Source: Lophium mytilinum
Taxonomy: Eukaryota
NCBI GenBank assembly: GCA_010093605.1
Contig: MU004192.1
Coordinates: 690,882 to 754,881, forward strand
Direction of reading: 5' to 3'
DNA: 64,000 bases
Shown: one piece after another, positions 23,943-37,400 of the stretch
How the letters are laid out: each line of letters begins with the position of its first letter
How positions within the stretch are numbered: the first letter of the stretch is position 1
The notes under the pieces: generated by a model
The model's input: only the letters and a program-made list of their open reading frames with translations
Databases searched by the model: none
Told to the model about the DNA's origin: nothing
Program-made: the position numbers and the translations under genes

Positions 23943-26900
23943 TTACCATGCGCCCGTCTTAGGCTGGCCACCATATGCCATCTCTCTGAAGCCCTCTGGG
24001 ACCGTCCATCCATGCGTGTTGCAAGCGCGGATGTACGCTTCGACAGCCTCGCCGACACCATAATCGCCCATCGGGCCGTTCTCAAGACGAGCTGGTTTGG
24101 GATCTAGACTGGACATGGCCATGCGGACTTGGAGAAGGACGGATTCGATGGAAGAGACGGCGCTCCAGCCGTTGTTGGTTAAAAGCTAAGAAAGTTAGTG
24201 GTTATAAATATAAAAGTATGCTTAAAAGATGATTGGGGGGTATAGCTGTGAGGAATGACATACCTCCATGCACAAAGCGCCTCCAATAGTGACATGTCCA
24301 CCGCCACCTGCCTGGAAACCCAGAAACCGTGGACGTATGACTCGCACAAATGGCGGGCTCATTGGATAGTCTTTCCCGAATCGCAACTCCATAACGATAC
24401 TCTTGATGTCCTTTGACTTCATGTCCTTTGCGAGAGGAAGAGTAGGATCAAAGGAGTGCAGCTCAACAATCCACTGGTACATGTTCGTGATCAGTTCTGG
24501 ATCGATGTACCAGCCTAGTTCGTGTAGAGGCTCAGTGTTCTGCACTTTGAGGAGCGCCTTAAAGTCTTGTTGAAGTCGCTTGGTTGCGGAGCCCGTGGCC
24601 CAAGCTGGTGGCTCAAGCATGGGTAGCTTAGAAGTATCGAGGCTGCCAGGAACGAAATCTGTCATGGGTTTCGACGGCTTGGAATCTTTCGACGAGCCAA
24701 CAAGCTTGGAGAAGAATGAGGTTGCTTTGCCTTTCCCTTTTCCAACATAAGTTTGTGCCTCGGGTTCATTCTCCTGCACAGGCAGGTCGTCATCGCAAAG
24801 GATAACGAGGTCTTCCTCCAACGTAGCAACACTTGCCGAATCATCGAAGTCCTCATCCAGAACAATTGGGTCAGATATGTTCTTTCCAGACGCCTTGATA
24901 CGCTTGCTAGTGGTTTTGATCGATACGGAACGGGGTCGGCGGGAATGTGAGACGGCCGTAATCGGGATCATGATCTTCTCGGCGGGCCCTGTTGGTGTGT
25001 AATTCGGATCTTGGTCGTGAACCTGAAGTGGTCTCGTATCTTTCACTGCATTGACATCGGCCTGGGAGCCCTTGACAAACAGGTATCGAGTTTGGATCCA
25101 GTCTAGCTGAGCGACCACCATATGCGGGCTTGAACTGACGAATTCCTTCGGGGCGTTGACAATCTCGTTCAAAGCGATGGCGGAGCTGACCTTAAGCTCG
25201 CTCAGAGGCCATGCTGATGTTGTAGTATACCCGTAACCACAGTAGCCCATGCTCGTGTTATACTCAAGAGAGTGGTAGACCCCATGACCGTAGGCTCTGC
25301 CATGCGCGGTATGGTTGAAGTGCAGGCCCTCTCGGATGATGCTGTGCCAGTTCTGGAGAGGGCTGCCATGCCAGGCAAACATTGTGGGGTATTTCAGCTT
25401 CAAGCGATCTGAAGTGCTCCGAACAGCAGTAATGAAGCGCCGCTCCTTGTCAGGCGCCCCCATAGCAAATCGAAATTGGGTGTACCCGGCCATTCCGTAC
25501 AGTCGCTCCTCACCTTTCTTGCCCTTTGGGTCTGTTGAATAATCAACTTGCATAATACAAGCCCGGTTCGATGCAATGATCCACCGTAGAATTCCCAAGG
25601 CGGCCGGAGATATGCGATCGACCCAAGTGTTCAAACCTGACTGTGCCTTCCGCAGAAGATAAAGTCTCATGTCAGCCACACTGGGCAGGCAATCCAATAG
25701 AGAGTAGATGGCTTGTCGTTTGTAGAACTCGTGGAGCTCGTCGAAATTCTGGTTGTACGGATAGTAAGTGGCTGGAATGAAGTTCGAAGGAACGATGCCG
25801 ACGGGCGGCTTAGGATAGTTCGGAGCACCATGGTTTGGGCCAAGAGAGTTATCAGGTAGAACGCTCGCTGGAACGACCGGCTCCGAAACTTTCACTACAG
25901 GGAAGAAGTTGGTCTCTACGATACGGCAATGGAGTGAACGCGTTGGGTTATCAGCAGTGCGAATAATAACCCAATCTCCATTCCTGAATGGACACGGCTC
26001 GTTTGGAGCATCGAAGATCATCTCAAGCTTCGAAGTGTCGAAACGCATCTTGCCAGGCAAAGTGGCTGCCGTGGTACTCTTGGCTGGAGAGGGCGGTGCC
26101 TGTAGAGTGTTGTTATAAGGCGGCATATATCCGGGGTAGTTGCTCGCGGACGCGTTCAGATCCAGATTTTCAAGTGCGGTCGCAGGAGGAACCATCAAGC
26201 TCAGACCAGTTGGGAAGTCCTTCAAACCGCCTTGCCTGGCACTGGCATAGCAGAAGCTAATGAGCAGGTCCACCACCTTTGGTTGTGCGATGATCTCATG
26301 CTCAATGCTGGGGCCAAAGCCAAGGGACATGTACTGGTATAAGCAAAGAGGCTTGTCGCAGACGTAAGGCTTGATTGCTTCGAGGTCATCCGCCATCTTG
26401 CCGAAGCAAACAAGACAGAACTCAGTACAACGCACAAAGTGCCGGAGAACAAATTGCATGGCGATAAGTGGGAGCGAGGTGACCTGGTCTGAGGCAGCCT
26501 CCTGGACATGGTCCCCCGTGACGAGCGCTGGGTATGCTGTAGCGACCTGTTCTGGCTCCATGTATTTATCGTTCATCATGTCGGAATTCTCGACATTTGT
26601 CCCCAGGTGGTCAGTGTAGTACTGTTCCGCTCCAGACCATGGCATACCCATGTATCGGTACTCAATCAGCGTAACGAGTCGCTCGTTCAGGAGCTCGTTC
26701 AGGGGCCGAGAGATGAACGAGTTGCGGAAGCCTCGCCCGGCCGACGGATCTTGTGATTGGGAGTCACCTTGTGCTGCTTCGCGGCGCTTTTCTTCATCCT
26801 TGGACAATATAGTGAACGCCCGAACGGCCTCCTGCATGGTGGGCTTGTAGGTATTGCTGATCCCGATCCTCATACTAATATGCCGACGAGCCGTAGCAGC

Positions 26901-27650
26901 ATCGTAGCTCCTCAAGGATTCCACGCTCTTGTATCCGTTAGGGTAGTGAAGAATCAGGACCAGATACTCGGTTGGCTCGATCTGCCATGCTTGCATGGCT
27001 TCTTCGGAAATGCCCAATTTGGCAATTCGACACGAAATGGTGACATAGCAGCCTAACCCATCCATCAGAGACCCGAGGTGTCCGACCTTGAAGCCAGTCG
27101 TTTTGGCTCCTAGAAGATCTGCTCGAATGCGATGCCGGAACTGCGACGTGGGCTGCGTGTAGGACGATGGATCAGCAGCCTCTGATTTGGAATATTGCGC
27201 TTTAGGGACAACATCGTCATCGGGGAAGTACTCGTCCGCGGAATAGTCCTCCTCTTCGTCGTCGTCGTCCTCATAGTCAGAGCCATAGGCCTGTTGGGAG
27301 TCCATCATCTGAGTATCCCCGTCCCGGTCTGTGGACTCCAGTTTTCGGGCGACTAACTCGAGGAGTTGAACAATAGTCTTGCCTGTGGCTGCATCTGCAA
27401 TATCCGGGAGAGCCTGGGCAACCTTATTGGGAACATTGTCGGAGGCAAACAGCATGCAGGTGTGACTTGATGGGTACTCTGAGAGCTCCGGGATTAGTGC
27501 AGACAGCTCCATGGTGTCGCCATTGGCTACGTTCTTGACGCGGAACGTGAACTCCCCATCGTCGCCGCCAACTTGAACATCGCTGATACCAGCGATAGAG
27601 AGCCCTCCGACGGCCTGCTGGAGGTCCGCAATGTACGCCTTCCTAGGCAT
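23943..27650 (-). CDS. PARP/ART catalytic domain + UBE2Q-like ubiquitin-conjugating (E2) domain fusion protein
   Basis: FAWHGSPLQNWHSIIREGL..HGRAYGHGVY (ART H-Y motifs), CTEFCLVC..KPYVCDKPLC (Cys cluster) and ELRFGKDYPMSPPFVRVIRPRF..GGHVTIGGALCME|LLTNNGWS (E2). The last exon follows an intron and ends at TAA 23943-23945. Confidence 0.88.
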
Positions 27651-28613
27651 CGTGGAGGTGAAATGTTTCTTGCTGAGCGGTACGTGTGTGGAGTCCTAGG
27701 TAAAGTGAGGCGGGGGTGGTGCCGAGCTCCTGACTGCGGCAGCAAATATGCAGCTCCAAGCTCTTCAGAGGAGCTAGATAGAAGGATGTCTAGCTTGGAG
27801 GACGGGGAATTTGGGTGTTGGTGGTCCAGATTGAGCTGCAATGTGGAGAGCTGGCTTCTTGAGGCTGGTGGTGGTGGGGCAAGGCTGCTGAGGTTGGTAC
27901 AAACACACGGCGAACCTTGGAACACAGCTGGGAGAACGATGGATCCTGAAAGGCCCAGCAGAGCACGGCAGGAGGCAGCCGTCTCGGGTGTGGGAGAGAC
28001 AAATGAAAGAAGGGTGGTCGGAGGCTGCTGGCGGGAGTTTGGTGTTTTAGATAGCGGTCCAGGCAGCAGACAGCAGACAGCTCGAGCAGGAGCGCGAAAA
28101 AAGAGTAGCCAAGCTGCGGGCGGAGGAATCACGGTGCGATGTCTTGCACGGGAGATGACTGGTCAATGGCGCGTTAGAGACGATTCAGGAGAGCGGTTTG
28201 GCAAGGCATTCACAGCCGTCTGGAGCCTTTGCCAGGCAGCAAGTGGGCAGTGTGGCAGTGAACTGAGCTCCCCGCCAGCACGGCCGCAAGAGGGACCTCG
28301 CCGTAGATAGGCTGTGGAGTTAGCGATAGTGGGAGCTGGCCCACGAGGCTGTAGCAACAGTAGACGGTATGGCTGCGACAATGAGAGAGAGCTGGCCGCT
28401 GTTGAAGCAGAATTGGCCGTGAATGCGGTGCTGGTACACTACAGCGAAGTAAACAGCTGAAGGCGATCGGTGCCTGGCCTGTCACGCTGTGGCGGCGAGG
28501 GGCACCTTTAGCCTCATCCGCATCCCGACCAAGGTTTCTAAGCTCCCGCAACTAGCCACGCCGTTAATTCAATCTGCACCGCCATCGTCCCTATTCAACA
28601 CCATCTGCGCAGC

Positions 28614-29651
28614 ATGGCCGTCTCTGCTGCCGTCGACGGCGCCGCTCCTCGATCCTCTCACGTGTCTGACCCGGCTCTTCGACCATTTCTCCAGCCCTCA
28701 TTCAGCCCCGCCGACTACCTCAATGCCATCCTCCCTCCGCTAGCCCACTCTTCAGCATCCTCCCGCGCCTCCAAGACCTCCGCCGTCTCCCTCCCAGACT
28801 TGTCGTCCCAAACCCAGACACTTTTGTCGCAGCTCAATGCTCACACTACCCGCCTGTCCACCGTTCTGACCCAATTGACGGATGACATACTGCGGAGCGG
28901 GGGCCGGCTGGCGTACGAAGTGGAGGTGCTGCGGGGAGAGACAGTGACTCTCTCAGAAGCTCTGACCGATGGCTTGCAGCCCGATATTAGCAGGTTTCTG
29001 CCCGGTGGTATATCGCTGGAAAAAGATGCGGCTCCAGAAGCCAGCGAAGAAGAGACAGCCGTGGAGGACGACCTCGAAGACGCCCGCGGCGAGACCAAAG
29101 CTCCCAACTCAAAAGAGGCTGACGCTGACTTGCCTCCATACATCTCACAATTACGTACCTTAACACTAGTCAGGGACCGTCTAGACAGTGTCATAAAAGT
29201 GTTTGGCGATGCAATGCAGTGGTCAATCCCACCATCTGAGGTGTCTTTGGCCTCTTCGTTCATCTCAGTATCAGCCCCTGAGCCTGGATCCGACAGCCAT
29301 GGCAGGGAGGAGAAGGGCCGAGAGTTCGCAGAGAAGCTACGAAACGAGATTGCCGATCTCATTACCGGGAGTGACAGTGACGCTGAAGCTGCCTTGAGTC
29401 GTATCCAGGCACTGCGAGACCTTGCAGAGGTGTGGAAAGGCACAGCAGAAGAGAAGGCGCGCATAAAATTCGTCGAAAGCCTTGTCAAGCTATCCGAGGA
29501 ACGACAGAAGGCAGCGAGTTCGACTCTGGGCCAGAGACAAAGGGTCTCGCGCGGTCCCTCTCCACAGAGACAGCAAACTCGCGAGAAGGGCCATGGCGGC
29601 GGATTTCTCGAAAACCTCTCCAGAATGCGTGGCAACATATACTTGGAGTGA
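28614..29651 (+). CDS. Conserved helical protein, possibly COG7-like Golgi tethering subunit
   Basis: PFLQPSFSPADYLNAILP followed by coiled-coil LTQLTDDILRSGGRLAYEVEVLRGE resembles CATCHR/COG N-termini. The specific assignment is uncertain. Confidence 0.5.
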   Translation: MAVSAAVDGAAPRSSHVSDPALRPFLQPSFSPADYLNAILPPLAHSSASSRASKTSAVSLPDLSSQTQTLLSQLNAHTTRLSTVLTQLTDDILRSGGRLAYEVEVLRGETVTLSEALTDGLQPDISRFLPGGISLEKDAAPEASEEETAVEDDLEDARGETKAPNSKEADADLPPYISQLRTLTLVRDRLDSVIKVFGDAMQWSIPPSEVSLASSFISVSAPEPGSDSHGREEKGREFAEKLRNEIADLITGSDSDAEAALSRIQALRDLAEVWKGTAEEKARIKFVESLVKLSEERQKAASSTLGQRQRVSRGPSPQRQQTREKGHGGGFLENLSRMRGNIYLE

Positions 29652-30409
29652 AACAACGCGTCCCGTATCTCGCCAGTTGGGTCGTGGTCTGCTTGGGGTA
29701 GCACCTACGTACCGTGCAAATATCCACCAAAGAGCACCGAAGCGCTTTTCAGCTATTTTTCGTGTCTCTAACCGCATACTCATGGCACTTCTTGAGTTAG
29801 ATCCTCTTTGGCCTAGATCTTTACTTCTTCAATTTTCAGCGTCATCTTAGAAATCTAGTTACTCCAATATTTGCCTCAGCATGCCTTAAGGTATCAGCAA
29901 TGTTATGGCGGGCCAGAACGAACGTTTACCATCACTAGGTTGACTGTTCAAAATCCTGTTATCCGTTCGGCCGATTGACGAAAGCAAGCTCCGGCTTCCC
30001 CAGATTCTCCAGGTTCTCCAAGCCATGTACGGATGCTTGTTCACTGGGGCAAGGATCTCCTCGATTTCGGAATCATGGGCATGGTTCCGCCGTCTTCCGC
30101 CACTGCATTGCGGTCGAAGCAGCGGGGTGGATCTACTCAAGCTAAACTTCAATGGTCAGTAGCTTCAACGACGTTACTATTTTTCACAGCGTTCATCGAA
30201 CTCCTTGGTTGGAGCCAATAGGACATGCGCATAAGAATACAAGCTACACTGTACACACCAACGATATGCGGTGACTGGACAGCGAGCGAACCTAAAAGGA
30301 CCACGAGGGCATTATGTCTCCACTCTTCGTAGCACACAACATAAATCATCTTCGGGCCTTGCATTTCCTACCTCTCTTTCTCAACAAACTCCTCCCTACT
30401 TTGTCTAAG

Positions 30410-32230
30410 ATGGTTGTAACGCGTGCCCTAGCATTTTTTGTCTTCCCTCTGTGTATACTTTCAATTGCTCTGCATCCAAAGACTCCCATCGTCGACCTCG
30501 GCTATGCAAGCTACAGTGGCTATTACAATGCCTCTGTCGGTATCAATTACTTCCGTGGGATTCCATATGCTAAATCGCCTACCGGCGAACTACGATGGCG
30601 CAAGCCTGTCCCCATAGACAGTGCTGTCAAAAACAGCAAGCAACTTATCAGTGCCAGTTCACCAGGTCCAGCCTGTTACCAAGGCAGTCCAACTTGGGCA
30701 GACTTCGGAGCTACGCTATCCTCTCAAGGCTCCTTTGCGCAATCAGAGGATTGCTTGATATTAGATATGCTAGTCCCGAGCAATCCAGTATCTCATCGTC
30801 TTCCTGTGATCGTGCAAATTCACGGTGGTGGCTACACCCTTGGCAGTGCGGCGCTGTTCCCGGGCGATGCCATGGTCAATCAGTCCAGCGGAACCGTGAT
30901 CTATGTCATTATTCAGTATCGTCTCGGCGTCTTCGGATTCCTCGCCGGTGAGTCAATCGCAAAAGACGGCAATTTAAACGCAGGATTGCTAGATCAGAGG
31001 GCAGCATTAGAATGGGTAGGCGTGCCCATTTGCTATCCTATTCCTTCATCCCATCCTAGAGACTGATCTTTCCTAGCTTAAACGACATATACACGCATTT
31101 GGGGGAGATCCGTCTCGTGTTACCGTATGGGGTGGCTCTGCTGGCGGAGGCTCTGTATCTTTACAGTTGACTGCATATAGCGGCAAAGGTACTCCTCCGT
31201 TCTCTGCTGCCATTGCCGAATACCCTTGGTGGCAGCCATTTCTCAATCCTGCTATACAGGAAGCCCAGTACGACACTACTCTTCGTTTATCGGGCTGCAG
31301 CGATTTAAACTGTTTACGTTCACTCTCCGTAGCAGACTTGGCAAATGCCGGACAAGCTGTTTTGAACGTGTCATACCCTAGCGCCGGGTACGGATATGGC
31401 CTCTTTTACTTCGGCCCTGTTGTTGATGGAATTTTTGTTCGAGATCTCCCAAGTAACGAATATCGCGAGGGTCATTTTTACAAGGTGCCTACGATCGTGG
31501 ATCACGAGGGTTACGAGGGAGTCATTTTCACTAATTTTACACTGACTACGACCGAAAATGAGACTAAAGATGTAAGATGTCCTTTTGTTTGCTCTATACA
31601 ACTACCAGGGCAGGCACTGATTTCAAATTACCCCCATTAGGCGCAGTACATCTTTCCCTCGGCGGATGCTTCTTTCTTCTCTCGCCTCTACGAGCTCTAC
31701 CCCAGTTCCGATTTCAACTCCACCTTCTTCCAACGCCAGCAATGGTTCGGCGATGCAATAATCAACTGTAAGCTTTCTACTTCTTCACAAACAGCCTACA
31801 TCTCTTCCCGGTCGTGTCTAGCCCTCAATCCGGCTCACGTCTTGCCTCAGGTCCGTCATACCAAATAGCGAATGGAGCAGCCACCCATTCCCCAAACCCA
31901 CACGCCATCTACAAACTCGTAACCGCAATCGGCACCGAGCTCCACAGCTCTAATCTGCCTTTTCTCAATTCCGTGGATCCTGGCTTTACGTCTGCGCCAA
32001 ATGCCACAGTTGCTAAGATCCTTACGGGCTACTGGTTATCCTTTGCAACGACCGGTAGTCCAAATCCGCGCCGCTACCCCGGGGCGCCGTACTGGCCGTC
32101 TTATGTGGGTGCTTATGGTGGGAAGCGTATACTGAGTATCAACTATACGCAGATTGGGACGGTGCCGGATCCGGATGAGGGACCGAGGTGTGATTTCTTC
32201 AGCTCTGAGGGGACGATTGTTGAGAATTAG
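30410..32230 (+). CDS. Secreted type-B carboxylesterase/lipase
   Basis: Signal peptide, FRGIPYAKSPTGELRW, SEDCL, IHGGGY, QYRLGVFGF, NAGLLDQRAALEW, FGGDPSRVTVWGGSAGG nucleophile elbow. Confidence 0.93.
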
Positions 32231-32889
32231 AAAGGTAGGGTCTGGACCTTCGTGAGCAAGCCCCAAACATGGTTGGGGAATGTTTGGTTAGTTTCCAATC
32301 AATTCAAACGTCAATCACACTATCAGTTGAATTTGGCATGAGTTTTTGTAACAAACCTTATGGTTTCAAAACAATCGCACTTTTAAGAGTTTTGATATAT
32401 TTATACATTTCTAGCTTCCCTCCGCCGGAACTCTCAAGAGACGCCAACCTATACTAGATGCGCAGACGCTATCGCGCACACGTAAAGTCTCACATAGTCT
32501 CCTCGAATATGGACGACCGCTGCCATGCGAGCGATGATGACCCTTTTCACCCCATCGAAATTCTCCCTTGAGTGGTACTCATCGTATGGGTGCTTGGAGG
32601 AGTTTGGTGACTGTGTTTCCTCTGGAAGTTCAGGTTCTTTCAAAAAACCCGTAAACGATGCGCCAACCGGGATGGAGCTTTGAGACGTGGATTTTCGATC
32701 CGGTGGTGCTACAAAATCTCTTGAACGCTTGAGATCATATATATTTTAGCTGAATTTTTATTTACTTTCTAGTGGTATATTCGAATGGTCGAGGAGGGCA
32801 GAGAGGAGTGGCGTACGAGATGGTCGTTGTAAGCTTGTCGTTTTCGCCATTTGTGCATGAACTCTACTGACATTTCCTGTCAGACACGT

Positions 32890-33705
32890 CAGCCCATTGC
32901 ATCCGGTTCACAGTCGGTGTTGTGATCTACGAAGATCACCGAGTCTACCATATTGTGGCGAAGGCTCTGCGGATCCAACTGTGCGTTTGGTTTAGCATCA
33001 AGAATGGGTTTCCGGAAGGACTGGAGTTTCGATTCGGGCCCGTGGCAAATCCAGAAGTGAACATACTTCGCATTAGTCAACATTGCCTCCTGGGCTTTCT
33101 GAGAACTGGGCTTTGGTCAGGTTGGCCCTTATTTCAATACTCGGCATTAGTGGAAGATAGGAGTGGCGCCGCATTAACGAAGTTCATGATGGATTCTATG
33201 AAGACATTCCCTCTAAGTCTAAAGGTGGTCGCATGGGAATGGGACCCTTAGAATCCGGAAGATAACACATGCTTCAATGGGTACCGAGAAGTAAGTCACT
33301 TCCAGTATTTAAGATATACACATTCAACTGACAAGCCTAAGAGTCCTCCAAGTTTCCGGCCATTCTTTTTTGGGAAACGATAGACTAAGCGATAGATCGT
33401 TGTCGATTACTGTATCTGAACTCCTCGCGATATTCGACTGGTAATTGGGTTGATCGAAACCGCGCTGCTGCGCTCCCCGACTCACGGCATCACTACAGCA
33501 TTCGGTGAGCATTCACTGAAGCCTATTCTGACGCGGGACGCCGAATCCGAGAAGCCCACTGGCCATGCTGTCTCCAAAGTAAGTATATCTGCCATTGCTT
33601 TTTATCCCTCATGCTCACTAACCCTTATCTAGTCGAGCTATTTCTGGGCATGGTTCGAGAACGGAAAAAGGACTATGCTAGCATAGAACTACCAATCTGA
33701 CAACC
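32890..33705 (+). pseudogene. Decayed paralog fragment A of the 34430-37512 gene
   Basis: DHRVYHIVAKALRIQLCVW..FRFGP..VNILR..DRSGAA..VAWEWDP*, LLRSPTHG..KPILTRDAE and FWAWFENGKRTMLA*NYQSD align with the intact gene, with the same intron positions. In-frame stops at 33249 and 33684. Confidence 0.75.
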
Positions 33706-33709
33706 TCTC

Positions 33710-34130
33710 TAGCCCAATTTATGAGCCTAGAGCTGGACAAGAATGAGTGTGGCCTAGCTCTACGCCCAGTCGCTTGGGATTGGAACAAGGAAAATGAGTC
33801 TGCTGGGCTCATTTTTTACAACGACCACGACGAAGTGAGTACTCCTGTCAGCGTCTTTAGCGCAACTAACATGTCAAAGAACTCTCCGTTACCGCCCGGG
33901 AATACTGGTCCATCTACCTAGCGATGCGGAGTCACGGACTGTGCTATTCGAAAACTATCTGAGATCCGTGGTGCGATTAGGCTGCTTGAGCAAGCTCTCC
34001 TTCGGTCACCAACGCACGGCTTGACGACTCCACTTGGCAAGCAATTCCTGAAGCCAATACTAGGGTGAGATGTCGAGTTTGCAAAATTGCCTCAGCAGCC
34101 GGAGGACGTCTCTCTTTACTAGCAGTCGCT
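33710..34130 (+). pseudogene. Decayed paralog fragment B of the 34430-37512 gene
   Basis: LDKNECGLALRPVAWDW..YNDHDE|intron|..DCAIRK..LLRSPTHGLTTPLGKQFLKPILG*DVEFAKLPQQP. TGA at 34066 where the intact copy has TGG. Confidence 0.75.
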
Positions 34131-34429
34131 GAATCAAGTCAACCCAGAGCCGCTCCGAAGGCATGCTAATTCTAGTGTAAACCTAGCCTGTCTCCAAGAT
34201 GTTATTCTCAATTCACTGGGACCATTATTGGACCGGTCAGAATCACATCAAGAGCATGGAGGAGGTGATGCGACAAGTCACTATTAAAGATTCACTGTGT
34301 AGGTCGTCAAGGATGGATCTCAAACCGGGGGGCTCCCCTTAAAAAGACCCATAGCTGAGTGTTTACTACCACAAGGAGCCCACACGACGAGAAAGTACCA
34401 CCACCACCACCCATCGGCCTCCGTTATCC

Positions 34430-37400
34430 ATGTCCAATCCTTTCACAACGTTCTCCGCAGTCCCTCAATCATATGAACGATCGTTTTACCGCTCTGTTGC
34501 GCTACTTTGTACCGGAGATGCCGAGAACCACATCCTGGTTAAGAGGCAGGTCCAGAATGCGTTCTTGGTAGCATACATCACTAAGAAACACCTGGACTAT
34601 GACAGATATGTCAAGTTCGAAAAGCAAAGCGTCGGGCCGGAGTCGTGCCCACTCTTTGCTCTTTTAGAATGCCCAGAGCTTCAGCCCGACCGTAGGGTGT
34701 ATCGCATCGTGGCTAAGGCCTTGAGGATTCAGCTCTTTGTCTGGACGAGGTTGCAAAATGGCCGCCCACAAGGGTTGGCATTCCGTTTTGGACCTACTGA
34801 TAGTCCAAAAGTTAACATCCTCCGGTCGAGCAACTCGAAAATGCAGGGCTTTGGCACATCCTGGTTCTCTCATTATACTTCATTAGTGGTGGATAGGAGT
34901 GGAGCAGCTGCCTTTGAGTATATGCTCCAAGAAAAAGATAAAGACACGAATGGACTAGCCATGAAGCTTGTCACTTGGGAGTGGGAAAAGGGCACAACAT
35001 CTGGTTTCAGATGTTACAACGGCCACGATCAGGTAAGATAGCTTTATAAGCTCACATTCTATAGACATAGCTAACGTCTCGAAGGGTTCCAGGGAACGTG
35101 GTCAAAGATCCGATTCGTCGAGCGAGATTTGCTCAGTTGTTGACTGCGCCATTCGGAGACCGTGGCAGATTCGAGAAGCGCTCGATCTTATTGAAAGAGC
35201 TTCGCTCCGATCACCTACCCATGGACTCACGGCTCCTTTGGGCACCAAGGTGTTGAAGCCGGTTCTTGGATGGGACGCTGAGTTCGAGAAACGGCCTCAG
35301 CAACCTAGCGACCTATCTCGTGACGAACTTACGTCGCGATTTGTCCATGGCGAGTTCGAAGAGCTTGTTTCAGTAATAGTTATCTTTGTTGGGGAACAAG
35401 CCTCATTCAAATTCTATATACTTGAAATGCTAGAAAACCCAACCACGGAAACCGTCTCTGAGGTAAGTTTTATGTGCGTTGCCCAACTCCAAGCTCAAGT
35501 CTAATTCGAAAAATAGCTAAGCCATTTCTGGGAGTGGTTCAAGGATGCGAAAAAGATCATGCTCGCTTATAACCTCCAGAGCGACATGCACGCCATCAAG
35601 GGCTCCATAGCCCACATGTTCCAGGATGACAACAGGCCAGACTTTCAGTACGAGTCTTGGTATCTGGTCGATGGCAAAAAGTTCCACACCATCCGTCCAC
35701 AGTGGAGATTGCCTAAAGGTCAATATTTTGGTGGTCGACTTCCCTTGTCCCTGCAGTTCTCGAGGCATCCTTTCCAGTGCCCCTTCCACTCCAGTAAACT
35801 CGATCGTGGATTGACATGCTTCTGCGAACATTGCATATTGGATGTGTCTACCATATTCGATTATATGTGCAGAACTGCGGGGATAGCGAACGCGCCTCCA
35901 GTGCATGGATGGGGCGAACCTCCATTTGGATACAGGTACGAGAAGTTTTTGCAGTCTGTCTTGGCCGGAGATCGTATGCTAGATCTCCTGGAGCATTTCA
36001 AGAATGCACCTGAGCGTTACGGTGACACTGGCAAGTTTTACTCCACCATTGTTGGGGATCCAAACTTGCAGCACTCAAATATCGTTATCGAGTATCTCTT
36101 AGGAGACGTCTTGGGACTGGTGAGAGCTCTGTTGGCTATTCTTACCACAGACAATCGTTGCTTGTAAGTGCACCGTCCTTCATCTCTGGAAAGTAGTTCT
36201 CGGGAAAAATACTAACTCGATTTGCAGGACGACCATACGACTCGTGAGGCATGCGAAACGAGACCCAGAATATTCGATGGTACTTCCACGGATAGCAACA
36301 CCGACCAAGGTCTCTTTGGGGTCCGGAATTATTTGCTACAATGACCATGCAAAGCATTTCCAACGCCCCACAGAGACCAAAGAACCCTTTTCTGGGTGCT
36401 GCCCACACCGAACACTGGACTATGAGAGTTACGGAGATGGGTGCTATAATACAGCAGCACCAGGGGACTCCAGCCGCACCAAAGGAGTATATCCATTCGT
36501 CGATGCGGGTACCCTGTCCTATGTAGACCATGTCCTTCGTAACGAAGCTCGAGACGAGGTCCTCTCCAGCATGGCGGAGGACCTATCCGCGATCAAAGGA
36601 AGGACGGTATCATCGATATTCCGGAGCCCGACATGGGATGAACAGACTTTTGTCAACGCCGCCCGGAACAAAGTCAGGCACGAACTATTCGATGTCTGCA
36701 GATTCACCCTCCCGGAAATCATGATGGTTCAAAGCACACATATACCACCCGTCGCCACCTCTGATCGCGGAGACTCAGTCGAAGACTATCCGGACCCCAT
36801 CATCCGCGCCGGCTCTACGTATGAGGAGTATCTCCTTGGCCTTTTGCGATCTACCAAGGCGGCATCCGTCGCACCCCCTCGTGGCTTCGGTGCTCCAGTG
36901 GGAAGCCTACACGGCCTGCCTCGGTTCTTGTACGATCTCCCCAGTGTCCCAGGGGCCGACCTTCCTTTCGCTCGAAACATTTACGACGCATTCCCCATTC
37001 GTGGGCCCCTCGTCGGCGATGCTCTCGGCGCTCCAACGCCCGAAAAGCCCCGCAAACCTCTCACCCCGCTGCAGACCCTCACAGAAGAAGAAACAGTAGC
37101 TTTCATGCCTGGCCCGGTCCCAGACCGCAATGAGAAAACGGCGCAGGAGTACTTTGATGCTCTCGCCCTATGGGTTCGCCTAGCGGAAGGTTCCCTCGGC
37201 GACATTGAGGGTGACATCAAGAAAGAGATCCAGAGGAATACGAAAGAGGGTTTGCCCGGAGACTTCGATGCCCGGGATATCTGGGATCCTGACGGGAGGG
37301 AATACGAAGCCCGGGTCAAAGCAGCGCCGGACTGGAACAAGCCACCTTTGGCGTTGCGGCGGCGGATGTTTATCGCTTATGGCAACGGGGACTGGATTTC

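Noticed and set aside
27527..28551. ORFs of 113-245 aa between the PARP-E2 and COG7-like genes
   Set aside because: They overlap a divergent promoter/5' UTR region on both strands and show no recognisable motifs; likely spurious.
28841..29704. 287 aa antisense ORF (similarly 43922-44701 and 54663-55355)
   Set aside because: Shadow ORFs opposite well-supported genes, explained by codon bias.
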